A stretch of 64,000 nucleotides of DNA from Macrostomum lignano (lineage: Eukaryota). A program made the translations under genes and the position numbers. This document shows, piece by piece, positions 49,171-62,200 of the stretch (positions are counted from its first letter, which is position 1; every line of letters starts with the position of its first letter). Where the stretch lies: assembly GCA_002269645.1 (NCBI GenBank), contig NIVC01002168.1, forward strand, positions 102,556 to 166,555, given 5' to 3'. The notes under the pieces were generated by a model, which made no database searches, was not told the DNA's origin, and worked only from the letters and a program-made list of their open reading frames with translations.

Positions 49171-51034
49171 CCAAACACTTGGTTGCTTTGTGCTGTGAAG
49201 CGAGAAGTTTAAAAAAAGCTCCACAGAGCCTGGCCTCAGTCGATAACCCAATAAATCAGATCTCTCCCTCTTTCTAAGCGCATCTCCCTGTCCATGCAGA
49301 GGCGAACTTCTGAGTTCATTAGCGCATTTTTCCGAGTCACGTAGGCTCAGACTGGCCTCAGTGGTTGATTGAAAACCAAATCGACTAAGATGCGATTATA
49401 TATCCTTTCTTTTCGTAGAGGCTCTGACAGCATCTCCGGCATGTCCAGTCCCGTGTATGAGGTAGAAAAATTCATCAAAGCCTTTTTGGCCGTGCGTGGT
49501 TTCCTTTTTCTTCATCCTTTATGAATGTTGTTCGCCGTGATCCGAAAAGAGAGCCGGAGAATGATGGGATGAGCACAGGAGTCGCAGTGGAGCCTTGACT
49601 CCCAGCTCAAACTCCAAAGTCTCCCTTTTATTTGCTTAATTAGCCGAAGACGGCAGGGGTTGATGGGGCTTGAGTGCCCGCCTCCTGTCTGTCTGGGTGA
49701 GTGCGACGGCGATGGCAACTGGCAAAAAAGTATTGTATGCTCAAACTGAAGGGGAGCCTCAAGTACGCGGTTTATTGCCGTAAAATGCTACTATAGACAA
49801 TGACAAGCGGCTTCATCAAGTCCGTCTGCTGACCGAGAGAGGAGAGACAGCGTGGGAACTCGGCCTGCTAGACGACGACACTTGTTGTCGGGCAGGTTGG
49901 CATGGGGAAGGATTTATATATAATTCGAATTCGCCATGCCCGTTGGATGCATAATTTACCATTCTGGGAGATGCGCGTTGGAGAGATGATGATGGGAAGG
50001 TAGAGGCTGGAGAGGCAGCAGCAGGGACCTCAGTTGCCCTCGCCTGCTTGAGGAACCACAAATATTGATACAGGCAACAGTCCCAGGAGGCTGTGCTGGC
50101 TCAGTTTATAACTGTTAATCAGCCTGATGATGGCCTGACACCGGTGCACTGAAGCGTGCGCATATTTATTTACCCAGGGCTAATCTTTGCACTCAGCACC
50201 TGCTTCGGAAACTTTGAAGCATTGACGTACACCTTTCGAGCAATGCGCAAAGCTCAGAATGTGTACATGCCTTCGGAGCCGCTGCACACCTGTACAAAGG
50301 AGTTCCGGTGCCATACGGTCTGCTAGGAGCTCGGGAAGCCAACAAACTCACTGAACAACACGGGAGCGAGGAAGCTGAGCTTCCAACGTTTCCACTGCTC
50401 TTAGGGGGGGGGGGCAACAGTAATAAAAAGTGTCGCCAAAGAGCGTGGAACTTCACTGCAACTCACAAAAATCCAAACTCTATCTCTCTCTTCCCTCCCG
50501 GCTCCTCATCTCCAGACTCCCGCCCCGCTCTGGCCCCACGAACTTCCGCTCGACCTGAAGCGCAGCCGTTAATCTTTTTTATTTTTTTAGACCACCTCAG
50601 TTTCTTAAATCCGGCAGTCGTTCTCCAAGCGCAGGCATCTCTAACCCTGATTTCATCTGACTCCCCAACCGCAGACCTGCTGGGCCTTGCATGGCTGCAG
50701 CCCAGGTCACAGGAAGGAATCAGAAAGTCCCACAAAAATCCCTGTTCAACTCAAATCCTCCAAGATTTGAAATGAAATGCGAGGATAGCTGGGCAGAGCG
50801 AGAAGGATCGAGATGTCAGACCTCTGGCTAGTTCTGCTTGTGAGTCTTTTCCTCCGACTTGCATTCAATAATTCATGCCTGGCAATGTAAGCTGTTTCCA
50901 ACTGCTTCTGACTTTGTTTGAACAGAAAATCGATTTGCTTCACTTGAAAATAAGAAATTGGAGCTGAGTAAAAACAGTTTGACTGGGTGTTTGCATTTTA
51001 CAAATGTGGATTGTCATTTTACCTGTCACTGGGC

Positions 51035-51754
51035 TGCTGACTAGCATCTCTAGATGCAGCAGTGCTCCCTACCAGCTGCTGGCTATAGTGTCTTTAGATG
51101 CAGCATTGCTCCCTACCAGCTGCTGACTAGTGTCTCTAGATGCAGCATTGCTCCCTACCAGCTGCTGGCTATAGTGTCTTTAGATGCAGCATTGCTCCCT
51201 ACCAGCTGCTGACTAGCATCTCTAGATGCAGCATTGCTCCCTACCAGCTGCTGGCTATAGTGTCTTTAGATGCAGCATTGCTCCCTACCAGCTGCTGACT
51301 AGCGGCTCTAGATGCAGCATTGCTCCCTACCAGCTAACTGACTAGCATCTCTAGATGCAACATTGCTCCCTACCAGCTAACTGACTAGCATCTCTAGATG
51401 CAGCATTGCTCCCTACCAGCTAACTGACTAGCATCTCTAGATGCAGCATTGCTCCCTACCAGCTGCTGGCTATAGTGTCTTTAGATGCAGCATTGCTTCC
51501 TACCAGCTGCTGACTAGCATCTCTAGATGCAGCATTGCTCCCTACCAGCTGCTGGCTATAGTGTCTTTAGATGCAGCATTGCTCCCTACCAGCTGCTGAC
51601 TAGCATCTCTAGATGCAGCATTGCTCCCTACCAGCTGCTGGCTATAGTGTCTCTAGATGCAGCATTGCTCCCTACCAGCTGCTGGCTATAGTGTCTCTAG
51701 ATGCAGCATTGCTCCCTACCAGCTGCTGACTAGCATCTCTAGATGCAGCATTGC
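51035..51754. repeat. 42/44-bp minisatellite (AGATGCAGCATTGCTCCCTACCAGCTGCTG...), left arm
   Basis: Direct reading. Confidence 0.96.
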
Positions 51755-53234
51755 CCACCGAGGCGCTGCGGATCCACTGCGTGGCCACTGAGGTCGCCAG
51801 AGTGATGAACCGCGTGCTTTCCGGTGAGGTGGCGTCAAACGAATGGACCACGGCGCACATCGTCGCCATTCCAAAGAAGCCGGGCACCTCCAAGCTCGAG
51901 GAGCATCGAGGCATCTGCCTACAGTCCTGCGCCGCGAAGCTGTTCAACCGCATGCTGCTATCGCGGTTACAGCCTGTGCTGGACCCGTACCTGCGGCCTG
52001 AGCAAAACGGTTTCCGGCCCCATCGCGGCACAGTGACGCAGATCCTGGCTCTTCGGCGAGTCATCGAGGAGGCGCGCATCCGCCAGTTGACCCTGATCCT
52101 AATCTTCGTCGATTTCAGGAAGGCCTTCGACTCGGTCGTGAGGGACGCGCTCCCAGAGGTGCTCCGTGCGTACAACGTGCCAGAGCTGCTGATTTCTGCT
52201 GTCATGGCGCTATACCACGGCACGACGGCTGCTGTCTAAACACCGGACGGCCTATCGGACTCCTTTGAGACATCCTCCGGAGTGCTTCAGGGAGATACGC
52301 TGGCGCCGTTCCTGTTCGTCCTGGTGCTTGACTGGGTGCTACGGACTGCTCTGCCTTCCAACGACGACGGCTTCCTGCTGCGGCGACGCGTGGGTCGACG
52401 CCAACCGGAAAGACGGCTCAGCGTGCTTGGCTACGCCGATGACCTCGCCCTGCTGTCCTCGACCGTCGAGGGCGCCCAACGACAGCTGGATAGGCTGGTT
52501 GCCGTTGCGGCGAGCGTCGGCCTGGTGGTCAACACGCAGAAGACCGTCGTGCTATGCGTGCCGGACGACACCGAGGCTGCAATCTTCTGCCGAGGCGCTG
52601 ACGGACAGGCGAGTGAGCTTCCAAGATGTCAGCAGTTCGTCTACCTCGGCGGTCTGGTTCCCGACGTCCGCGAGGATCTGCGGCGTCGCCGAGGACTTGC
52701 CTGGGCTGCCTTTCGTTCTATAAGGTCAGTCCTGCAGTCCGAGGCCCTACCGGACCGCCAGAGGGCGGCGCTGTTCCAGGCGGTGATCGAGACCGTCCTG
52801 TTATACAACGCCGAGACCTGGACGCTGACAGACTCGCTCGAGGCTCAAGTCGACGCGGCGCACGCTGGCCTGCTGCGCGCCGCCTTCAAGATCGGCAACG
52901 AGCGAGTCACCAACACGGCGCTCTATCATCGCGCCGGCCTGGCCCGTCCTAGCGATCTGCTGCGCCGTCGGCGACTCCAGCTGGCAGGCCACGTCATCCG
53001 CGCCGAGGCCTACTGTCCGGAGCCGGTGCAGGAGGTGCTGCTACTTACGTTGCAGGCACCCTACCGGCGGGGACAGGCGAGGACTCGGCGCTACGTCGAC
53101 TGTCTGCTGGCTGACGCCGGCGCCCCGGACTCTGCCGGCGGTGCGGCCTTTGTTCGCGCCCAAGCTTCGAAGCGAGCCATCTGACGCAGCTTTTGCGAAC
53201 TGACAGCGTACTCTGTTGTTTGTTGTTGTTGTTG
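51755..53234 (+). mobile_element. 5'-truncated RTE-like non-LTR retrotransposon (reverse transcriptase + C-terminal region), one in-frame stop, (TTG)n tail
   Basis: RT motifs FVDFRKAFDSV, GVLQGDTLAPFLF and YADD. RTE-type LLYNAETWTL and RRRRLQLAGHVIR. TAA at 52237 between same-frame ORFs 51751-52239 and 52282-53184. TTG repeat tail at 53214-53234. Confidence 0.93.
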
Positions 53235-54455
53235 TTCCTACCAGCTGCTGACTATAGTGTCTTTAGATGCAGCATTGCTTCCTACCAGCTGCTGGCTATA
53301 GTGTCTCTAGATGCTACATTGCTTCCTACCAGCTGCTGACTAGCGGCTCTAGATGCAGCATTGCTCCCTACCAGCTGCTGGCTATAGTGTCTCTAGATGC
53401 AACATTGCTTCCTACCAGCTGCTGACTATAGTGTCTCTAGATGCAGCATTGCTCCCTACCAGCTGCTGGCTATAGTGTCTCTAGATGCAGCAGTGCTCCC
53501 TACCAGCTGCTGGCTATAGTGTCTTTAGATGCAGCATTGCTCCCTACCAGCTGCTGACTATAGTGTCTCTAGATGCAGCATTGCTCCCTACCAGCTACTG
53601 ACTAGCGGCTCTAGATGCAGAATTGCTCCCTACCAGCTGCTGGCTATAGTGTCTCTAGATGCAGCATTGCTCCCTACCAGCTGCTGGCTATAGTGTCTTT
53701 AGATGCAGCATTGCTCCCTACCAGCTGCTGACTAGCGGCTCTAGATGCAGCATTGCTCCCTACCAGCTAACTGACTAGCATCTCTAGATGCAACATTGCT
53801 CCCTACCAGCTAACTGACTAGCATCTCTAGATGCAGCATTGCTCCCTACCAGCTGCTGGCTATAGTGTCTTTAGATGCAGCATTGCTTCCTACCAGCTGC
53901 TGACTAGCATCTCTAGATGCAGCATTGCTCCCTACCAGCTGCTGGCTATAGTGTCTTTAGATGCAGCATTGCTCCCTACCAGCTGCTGACTAGCATCTCT
54001 AGATGCAGCATTGCTCCCTACCAGCTGCTGGCTATAGTGTCTCTAGATGCAGCATTGCTCCCTACCAGCTGCTGGCTATAGTGTCTTTAGATGCAGCATT
54101 GCTTCCTACCAGCTGCTGGCTATAGTGTCTTTAGATGCAGCATTGCTCCCTACCAGCTGCTGGCTATAGTGTCTTTAGATGCAGCATTGCTCCCTACCAG
54201 CTGCTGGCTATAGTGTCTTTAGATGCAGCATTGCTCCCTACCAGCTGCTGGCTATAGTGTCTTTAGATGCAGCATTGCTCCCTACCAGCTGCTGGCTATA
54301 GTGTCTTTAGATGCAGCATTGCTCCCTACCAGCTGCTGGCTATAGTGTCTTTAGATGCAGCATTGCTCCCTACCAGCTGCTGGCTATAGTGTCTTTAGAT
54401 GCAGCATTGCTCCCTACCAGCTGCTGGCTATAGTGTCTTTAGATGCAACATTGCT
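53235..54455. repeat. 42/44-bp minisatellite, right arm; reaches to within ~5 nt of the DAT exon-1 donor
   Basis: Direct reading. Confidence 0.96.
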
Positions 54456-54459
54456 TCAC

Positions 54460-54772
54460 CTCCTCCATTCTTGTAGCACAGGTAGGGAAATCGCCACACG
54501 TTGGCCAAGTCAACCGCGAAGCCGATGACGGACAGCAGAAAGTCGATCTTCTTGCCCCAGGTCTCGCGCTCGTTAGTCGATCGGCGGCTCTTGGACGCGG
54601 TGACCTGGTAGGTGACCTGGACTCGATCGGTTGACATGCCGCTCTGTGGCAGGCTGGGCCGCAGGAATCCGGACAGTTGGCTGTAGTGCTGCTGCTGCCC
54701 GACTGTTGCTGGGATGGTAGCTGCCTTGCTGTAAAGCAGAGAGCGGGTTGAACGGCGCTGGAAGCGCGACAT
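54460..54772 (-). CDS. DAT: Dopamine transporter (invertebrate DAT clade, SLC6A3-like) coding exon 1 (N-terminus-TM1)
   Basis: First in-frame ATG at 54772 (in-frame TGA just upstream). [37 protein letters not shown] is the DAT/NET signature with the monoamine Asp. G|GTGAAG donor. Confidence 0.95.
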
Positions 54773-54962
54773 GATGGGCAAGTGGACATCTCACAGGCCC
54801 GCGCGGGGCCGCGAGAATCTTGGCTTGATTGTCTGCCCGACTGCTCAAACTGTTCTAGCAATCGTCAACAAACGCTCAGGTGGTTTGAATTCCCGGCCTA
54901 TTTGACAAGTTTCCCGTCTTTTATGCAATTGGCAGCCCGTTAAAATTTTCTCCAGCTCAATG

Positions 54963-54972
54963 CTGATTGGCT
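54963..54972 (-). promoter_or_regulatory. CCAAT box (AGCCAATCAG) ~195 nt upstream of the DAT ATG
   Basis: Matches the NF-Y consensus RRCCAATCAG; position compatible with a proximal promoter; function unproven. Confidence 0.35.
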
Positions 54973-55587
54973 CTCAGAAACTCATGCTATTTTCTGAGGT
55001 TGCGCCGGTTTTTTGAGAGCGAAACTCGGCATGCCCTACTCGCAGTAGAGCAGTTGGGTTTGGGTGGAAATTTTTTGGTAGAGAAATTTCATTACAGAGG
55101 GGTGTAGAGACAGGTGAAACTCGAATCGACTAATCAGGCATATTGCTTTCTCTCTCTCTCTCTCACACACACCTGTCTGCAGAGCGCCGAGGCTTCAAAT
55201 GTGATCCCCATTTCTATATTTGCTGAACGAGAATCTGCCCGGCGGATTTAATCCGATCCCCTGTCATTTCCTTTTCTACACCAAGGCAATCTTTCAAGAG
55301 ACTTCGGGGGCGGGGGCGGGAGGAAATCTGGATAAATGGGAGCTGGGATTCCGTTCGTTTAATTGAACACGAATGCTAAAAGCGAGAGTGGAGACTTGGC
55401 AGCGGGGAGGCGGGGTGGATAGACAGGGAGGCCGGGCCAATTTGGCTAATGCAATCCCGCACTACCAGCCTCTCCGCTGCCGCTGAGCTTAATTCAATTT
55501 TTTTTCCGCGACCATTTGGACGAACTGCATCATGGCCGCGATCAAAGACTGGGGGCCCGCCTGCCCCTCGCTCAGCGGGAGACCGAC

Positions 55588-55603
55588 CTCATGACGTCAT
55601 GAG
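55588..55603. promoter_or_regulatory. 16-bp perfect palindrome CTCATGACGTCATGAG containing a full CRE (TGACGTCA)
   Basis: Direct reading; ~820 nt upstream of the DAT ATG. Confidence 0.4.
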
Positions 55604-55719
55604 ACCTGAAGGACTCTGCTCTGCGGTGATCCAATTCAAGAAAGCCTACGGATTTTACTTGTTTCCTGCTATCGCTCTGTATGTGACTTCCGCTGCTCCC
55701 GCCCTCTCTCCGGTCTGAC

Positions 55720-56110
55720 ACTCTAACCTCCAATCCTCTACCCTCCAACCCTCTACCCTCCAACCCTCTACCCTTTAACCCTCTACCCACCAACCCTCTA
55801 CCCTCCAACCCTCTGCCCTCCAACCCTCTACCCTCCAACCCTCTACCCTCCAACACTCTAACCTCCAACCCTCTACCCTCCAACACTCTAACCTCCAACA
55901 CTACCCTCTAACCCTCTAACCTCCAACCCTCTACCCTCTAAACCCTCTACCCTCCAACCCTCTACCCTCCAACCCTCTACCCTCCAACCCTCTACCCTCC
56001 AACCCTCTACCCTCCAACCCTCTACCCTCCAACCCTCTACCCTCCAACCCTCTACCCTCCAACCCTCTACCCTCCAACCCTCTACCCTCCAACCCTCTAC
56101 CCTCCAACCC
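55720..56110. repeat. 15-bp minisatellite (CTCTACCCTCCAACC)
   Basis: Direct reading. Confidence 0.95.
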
Positions 56111-56791
56111 TGTTACCTTAAATTCTTAAAATCCTTAATCAGCCTTCATCGAAAAGTATCCCTCCTATGTTAAGAAATGGGAATGCTAATTTCCACAGAA
56201 ACACGACAACGCAAAGCGTCCACCACAATGTGTTCAACCCCGTCCCTCTGCACATCCCACTCTGTTGAATCATTGATTGTGCTATGCAAGCCAGAAAACT
56301 CCATCTACACGTCAAGCGGCTAGGATAGATGCGCTCTGCCTATGTTTCTACAGTTTCCTGCATCCCTACCGCTTTCTCTTTTGCAATTCTCCAGCAAACA
56401 AGAGCAGAGCAGACCGCCGGCGTTTTATCCAATTACTCTGGGCAGGCAGGCAGGCAAAGCTGCTCAGGGACAGCGGCTCTGGAGCACGTATTCATGCTCA
56501 GTGAGCGATTGTTGCTCCGCGTGTGATCCCTCAAAAATTAGCCCTGGCTTCGGAGTGAGGGGAGACGACATCAACTCTTGCTTAGTTGCCCAGCCTCTGG
56601 TCTGCATCAGCCCCTTGCTCTGGGCTTATATCGAATTTCCAATTAGGTGTCCATGTAGCCAAGGAATTATGCGTGTTGCTGGGGCTCCGCAGCGGAACTC
56701 CCTGCTTTTCCAGGCCTGACTGGGTTTGGTTCGAGTTTGCTTGCTTGCATGAGCAGCTTGAGCACTCAAGTATCTGATTTGCATGCTTTTG

Positions 56792-57615
56792 GAAGAGAAT
56801 GGGTCATTGTGCTTATGGTCATGCTTATGGTTGAGAATGGGTCATTGTGCTGATGGTAATGCCTTTGGTTGAGATTGGGTCATTGTGCTGATGGTCATGC
56901 TTTTGGTTGAGAATGGGTCATTGTGCTGATGGTCATGCTTTTGGTTGAGAATGGGTCATTGTGCTGATGGTCATACTTATGGTTGAGAATGGGTCATTGT
57001 GCTGATGGTAATGCTTATGGTTGAGATTGGGTCATTGTGCTGATGGTAATGCTTTTGGTTGAGAATGGGTCATTGTGCTTATGGTAATGCTTTTGATTGA
57101 GAATGGGTCATTGTGCTGATGGTCATACTTATGGTTGAGAATGGGTCATTGTGCTGATGGTCATGCTTATGGTTGAGAATGGGTCATTGTGCTGATGGTA
57201 ATGCTTTTGGTTGAGAATGGGTCATTGTGCTTATGGTAATGCTTTTGGTTGAGAATGGGTCATTGTGCTGATGGTCATGCTTATGGTTGAGAATGGGTCA
57301 TTGTGCTGATGGTCATGCTTATGGTTGAGAATGAGTCATTGTGCTGATGGTCATGCTTATGGTTGAGAATGGGTCATTGTGCTGATGGTAATGCTTATGG
57401 TTGAGAATGGGTCATCGTGCTGATGGTCATACATTTGAAAGAGATTGGGTCATTGTGCTGATGGTCATGCTTATGGTTGAGATTGGGTCATTGTGCTGAT
57501 GGTCATGCTTATGGTTGAGAATGGGTCATTGTGCTGATGGTAATGCTTATGGTTGAGATTGGGTCATTGTGCTGATGGTCATGCTTCTGGACGAGAATGG
57601 GTCTCATTGTGCTGA
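56792..57615. repeat. 38-bp minisatellite (GAGAATGGGTCATTGTGCTGATGGTCATGCTTATGGTT), ~21 copies
   Basis: Direct reading. Confidence 0.96.
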
Positions 57616-57988
57616 TGATTTTCAGTCTACTGGATAATGTATCGTCATTGGTCTGTAGAAACCTGACATGGTACAAATTAATTTTAAATTGGATTGAAGC
57701 AGTGGGCGGGAGCACTTCTGTTTGCAGGGACCCGCTAACTGGGCGAGTAAAAGTGCAACTAATTACAGCAAATGTTCAAATAGATTAGATTCAATGATCA
57801 TTGATGCATTCCACTGTGTCAGATGGAATCTGCTTGAAGTATTGTACATCCTACATGCACCAGTTTGTGCCTTGTGCTCTGCAATCCCTTCTTGGAAGCT
57901 GTATCGGCTGCTTGCGTCACACCGGCAGTCACTCGGTATTCTCTGCAACTCACCCATGGTTCGGCGGTGCCATGCGATATCAACAACC

Positions 57989-58019
<31 letters not shown>

Positions 58020-59364
58020 GACGGCAACTGAAGGTCATTGAGTTTCAATTTTCACCTCAATTTTCTCTCATCTTCGCCGCTCGCATTCTCCACCGGGGAT
58101 TTGTTGATAACTGAGCAAAGCGCGGTCTCCGGCGGAGCGAATCGAGTTAATAATCCAGCCAGTGGCTGAAACCCGAGGCCAGCAGGTGGCGCCAACCCTG
58201 ATTAGTCCGCTGGGGCGCCTCTCTGTTGAAGCAGCTCTGCCAGCCTCTCGCCTTCCCAGGTCGGGAATTTCAGGTTGGGAAGCTGGCGAATAAGGGCCGG
58301 CAGAACCAGGGGAGCAGAGTGGGTGGAGGGGGGGCAGTTTCTGAGGGTTGGCCAAGAGAGGAAAAGAGGGGTGGGAGAATTCTCCCCATTCCGGTAGGCT
58401 GCCGAGGGAGGGTCGACATTTGAGATGCTGGGCGCAGACCAGTAGCAGCTGCAGTTGCCGGGGATCAGAACCCGTTCACAATTTTCCCCCTTCTAGTTTC
58501 TTCCCGGTGACAAAAAGTCTCCAAATCCTCAAGGCTGCTCTCGCCCTCCTCTCTCTCGCTGAGCAGAGTTCCGGCTCTTGAGTTCCCATCCAGTGGTGAG
58601 CAGAAGTCTCCATGCTGAGTAAACCAGCAAGAATAATATTAGATCCCCATCTTGCTGGAGGCGCTGCCTCATGCACGGCATGCTCACCATGAGAGAATTT
58701 GTTTGTTCCTCCCACTGCAGTACACTTCCCCTCCCCAGACTCCATCGCTTCATCCAGCTGAGAGCCGCGCGGCATCACCATTATCAACTTTTCCTGCTTC
58801 TTCATCTCTTCCATCCCGGTTTTGCCCTTCGGACATGCTGAGTTTTCTCGGGGATGAGGGGCGCCTTGGCCAGCCTCCCCCTTGCCCTTTCTGCTCCCGC
58901 CGACTGCCTCTTAAGCCGCCCCCCGGACAGACAATGCCGCAGCGGGAGAGTCGGCGCTGGCCCGGTCGCGCGCACTTCTGAAACCCGCGCCTCATTAGAG
59001 GCTGGGGGAAATCCCCACCGCCCAGACCCCATGGGATAACGAGCTCCCAGCTAGCTGCGAGAATGAAAGATGGGATGTCGTCTGACTGAAAGTCGACCTG
59101 TCTTCTCTCTGTCTCTCTCACCTGGTCTTATCAAACTTAAAACTCCCCTAATCCCTTCCTAGCGAGATGAGCTGTAAGGAAATAAGAAATTAGTTTTTCT
59201 CCCAACCCGCTGAAACTAATTTTGGTCAGATATTTTCTCTTTTCCCACCGGAACTGACTACTTTAAGTAAGCTAATAGCTGTCTTCAGACCATTGTTCAT
59301 ACGGAGGACAAGTCTAATAAAATTGCTTTGTGCTTTGAGTAGGTTTAGATCCAGATTCAGAGTA

Positions 59365-59530
59365 GGGGGTTGTTGAAGCCTAGTGTTTAGAGCGTCGAAC
59401 TCACGGCTGAAAGGTCGGGGGTTCGATTCTCGGCCCACTCGGAACAATTTGTGTCCCCTAAGCAAGGCACTTAACTCTGCATTGCTTCAGTCCACCCAGC
59501 TATAAAATGGTAGCCAGCATTAGCTGGGGT
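59365..59530 (+). mobile_element. tRNA-derived SINE (Pol III A/B boxes plus conserved-looking central domain)
   Basis: GCCTAGTGTTTAGAGCG (A box), GGGTTCGATTC (B box), then GTGTCCCCTAAGCAAGGCACTTAAC...CAGTCCACCCAGCTATAAAATGG, resembling central domains of metazoan tRNA SINEs. Confidence 0.65.
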
Positions 59531-61579
59531 AATTGAGGGTGTGTGTGGCGACCCCCAGTCCTTGGACTGAACAGCCGTACGCAGCAATAGCTGCGGCTGA
59601 GCTGTCGGTTGCACATTTGCCCAATATTATTGTTTGTGCTGCTACGGCAACCGGAGTGCATTATTAATCGAGGGGTCAGTAGGCCGTTGGCATGCATTTC
59701 AACTCCAGCTGCACAGACGCGTAATACGTCTAAATCCGGGTGGGGGGCGCATCCACCCCTCTTGATGGAGAGCTGACAGCAGCAGATGATTTTTGAGCAA
59801 AAATATTTCCAGAGCTAAAAAGGACAGCCCCGATGCTTACCTCCGACGGTTAGTGTTAGTGCTGCTGCTTCCTCGGTTCGGTCGCTAGCCGGTTGCTGGG
59901 TCAAGTTCAAATCTTTAGCTCGCGACTTATTCTACAAGAATTTTCGTTTCCCAACTGTCTGAAGCTGGGGGACCGAAAGCAGCAGATATATAATAACCAA
60001 AGAGAGCGAGGCGGATCGGAGAGCGCAGAGGCCGCGGGACTCCAGCATTTGTATTGTGGAAGAGCGGGGGGTGGGGCGGCCGAGAGAATGGAGACGCCAG
60101 CGGCGGCCGCCCCGGTGACATGACTTACGACTTGTGGAAGTCGGGCTCCCAGCTGGTCACGGGACCCTCCGGGGCATCAAACAGCGCTCCAATGCCGGGG
60201 TCGCCCTTTGTGAGGGCCCCCCTCCCCCCTCCCACTCTTAGGCTCCCAGCCTCCGTCATCGGGCCTTTCAGCTTCCAGCAGCGGCGTCAATGCATTCGTT
60301 GGGGGCAACATTTCCGATTCCTGCAGCCCCAGTGGCACGGGAGGAGGCGGCAGGGCGGGCTCTCAGTGTCGGTGTAGCGTGCTGGCCGGGAGAGAGGGGC
60401 GATAGCGCCTGCCACCCGCCCAACAACCCCCGTCTCAGAACCCGATTCACCACTGAGAGCCGACAACAAGTTCAGGGAAACTGAGCGGTAGGTGTTGGGT
60501 GCAGGCGGGAGCAGAGAGGGTGGCCCAAGAAAGAATCGCCATACAGACTGGGTTATCGATGGTTTGGTGCGAGCTTGTACCTGCTTCCTCAAATGATTTT
60601 TAAATTCTGTAACTGTACGAAGGCCCACGCTCACACAGGGTGTACAGCAGCCTTGATTTTCTAGTTTCTAATCGACAGGCATGTACACTCTCTGTTGCCT
60701 TGGGTGTTGGTCCTTTCGTGCTCAAATCCCAAATTAATGTTTACCACTGAGCTGCTCTGTCTTGTACACAGTATCACCAGTAGTCAGGAAAACTGACTAC
60801 ATTCTTTCCTATCCTTTCCTTCGCAATCCCGAAGACTCACCATAGAGTAGTATTTTTTGAACCACCCTAAAAACACGTCGCGGCAAAATAAACTATAGAA
60901 TGGGATAAGCTTGTCCTCGCCGCATGGGGGCGAGAGGTGCCGAGAAGGAAAAATAGAGGAATAAAGAAAGATGTGGATGGATAAAAGAAGCTGGAGCTGG
61001 TATTGAGAAGATTGGTTGGTTGATGCTTCATCCCATGGCGCCGGCTGACGGACACAGGACTCAAGCTCACAATGGGCCTTCCTCGTCACCCAAGCAGTTT
61101 CTCGTGTTCCCGCCCGCCCGGCCCTTCCGGCTGTTCCGGTTTCTCAGCAGGTAGGGGATAATTCTCCGTATGTTCTCTTTCAAAGAAAGAGTTGCTAAAA
61201 AAGCCTAGCGGGAGCAGGCGCGGGTTTATATCCTTGTCCGATGCCGCGAAGACCAGAGAGTCACAGTGCGGTGGTGATGAATGGGGCTTGGCTGCATCGC
61301 CAAGTAGGAAAAGATTGAAGACCAAGTCTGGTTCGCTTTTCAAGCCGCTTCCCAAGTATAAAAAATCGAGGCCTGCAGCGAAGGCGGATGTGCAGGCAAT
61401 ATAATTCAGACTTTCTCCCTGCGACATTGTAAACTGATCAGCCTCCTTCATCAAATTGGAGCTGGCTTCCTATAAGCTGAACGGATCACTGAATTGCAGA
61501 TTGAGTCCGGTGATCCGTTATAAATGCAGGAGCGTCACTGAGCTGCGAAGTTCCTCATTTTCGCTGTGTGAGCCATCTT

Positions 61580-62200
61580 GTGACCAATCCTATGATCAAC
61601 CGTGTGACCAATCCTATGACCAACCGTGTGACCAATCCTATGACCAACCGTGTGACCAATCTTATGACCAACCGTGTGACCAATCCTATGACCAACCGTG
61701 TGACCAATCCTATGATCAGTCGTGTGACCAATCCTATGACCCACCGTGTGACCAATCTTATGACCAACCATGTGACCAATCCTATGACCAACCATGTGAC
61801 CAATCCTATGACCAACCATGTGACCAATCCTATGACCAACCATGTGACCAATCCTATGATCAGTCGTGTGACCAATCCTATGACCCACCGTGTGACCAAT
61901 CTTATGACCAACCATGTGACCAATCCTATGACCAACCATGTGACCAATCCTATGACCAACCATGTGACCAATCCTATGACCAACCATGTGACCAATCCTA
62001 TGACCAACCATGTGACCAATCCTAAAATCAACCGTGTGACCAATCCTATGATCAATCGTGTGACCTATCCTAAAATTAACTGTGTGACCAATAATATGAT
62101 CGAACAGGTGACCAATCCTATGATTAACCGTGTGACCAATCCTCTGATCAACCGTATGAGCAGTCTTGTGATAAAATGTGTGGCCAGTCTCATGACCGAT
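61580..62200. repeat. 24-bp minisatellite (GTGACCAATCCTATGACCAACC(G/A)T), degenerating rightwards
   Basis: Direct reading; 8-aa periodicity. Confidence 0.95.

Noticed and set aside
48323-49198. 291-aa PVGGPGSYRVGPAPFPALLTE repeat ORF
   Set aside because: In-frame 63-bp minisatellite in DAT intron 1, antisense to the gene; non-ATG start
55720-56110. Telomere-like C-rich array
   Set aside because: The unit is the 15-bp CTCTACCCTCCAACC, not TTAGGG/CCCTAA, and it is interstitial
61086-61454. 122-aa minus-strand ORF with protein-like composition
   Set aside because: No recognisable domain or validated splice partners; left uncalled
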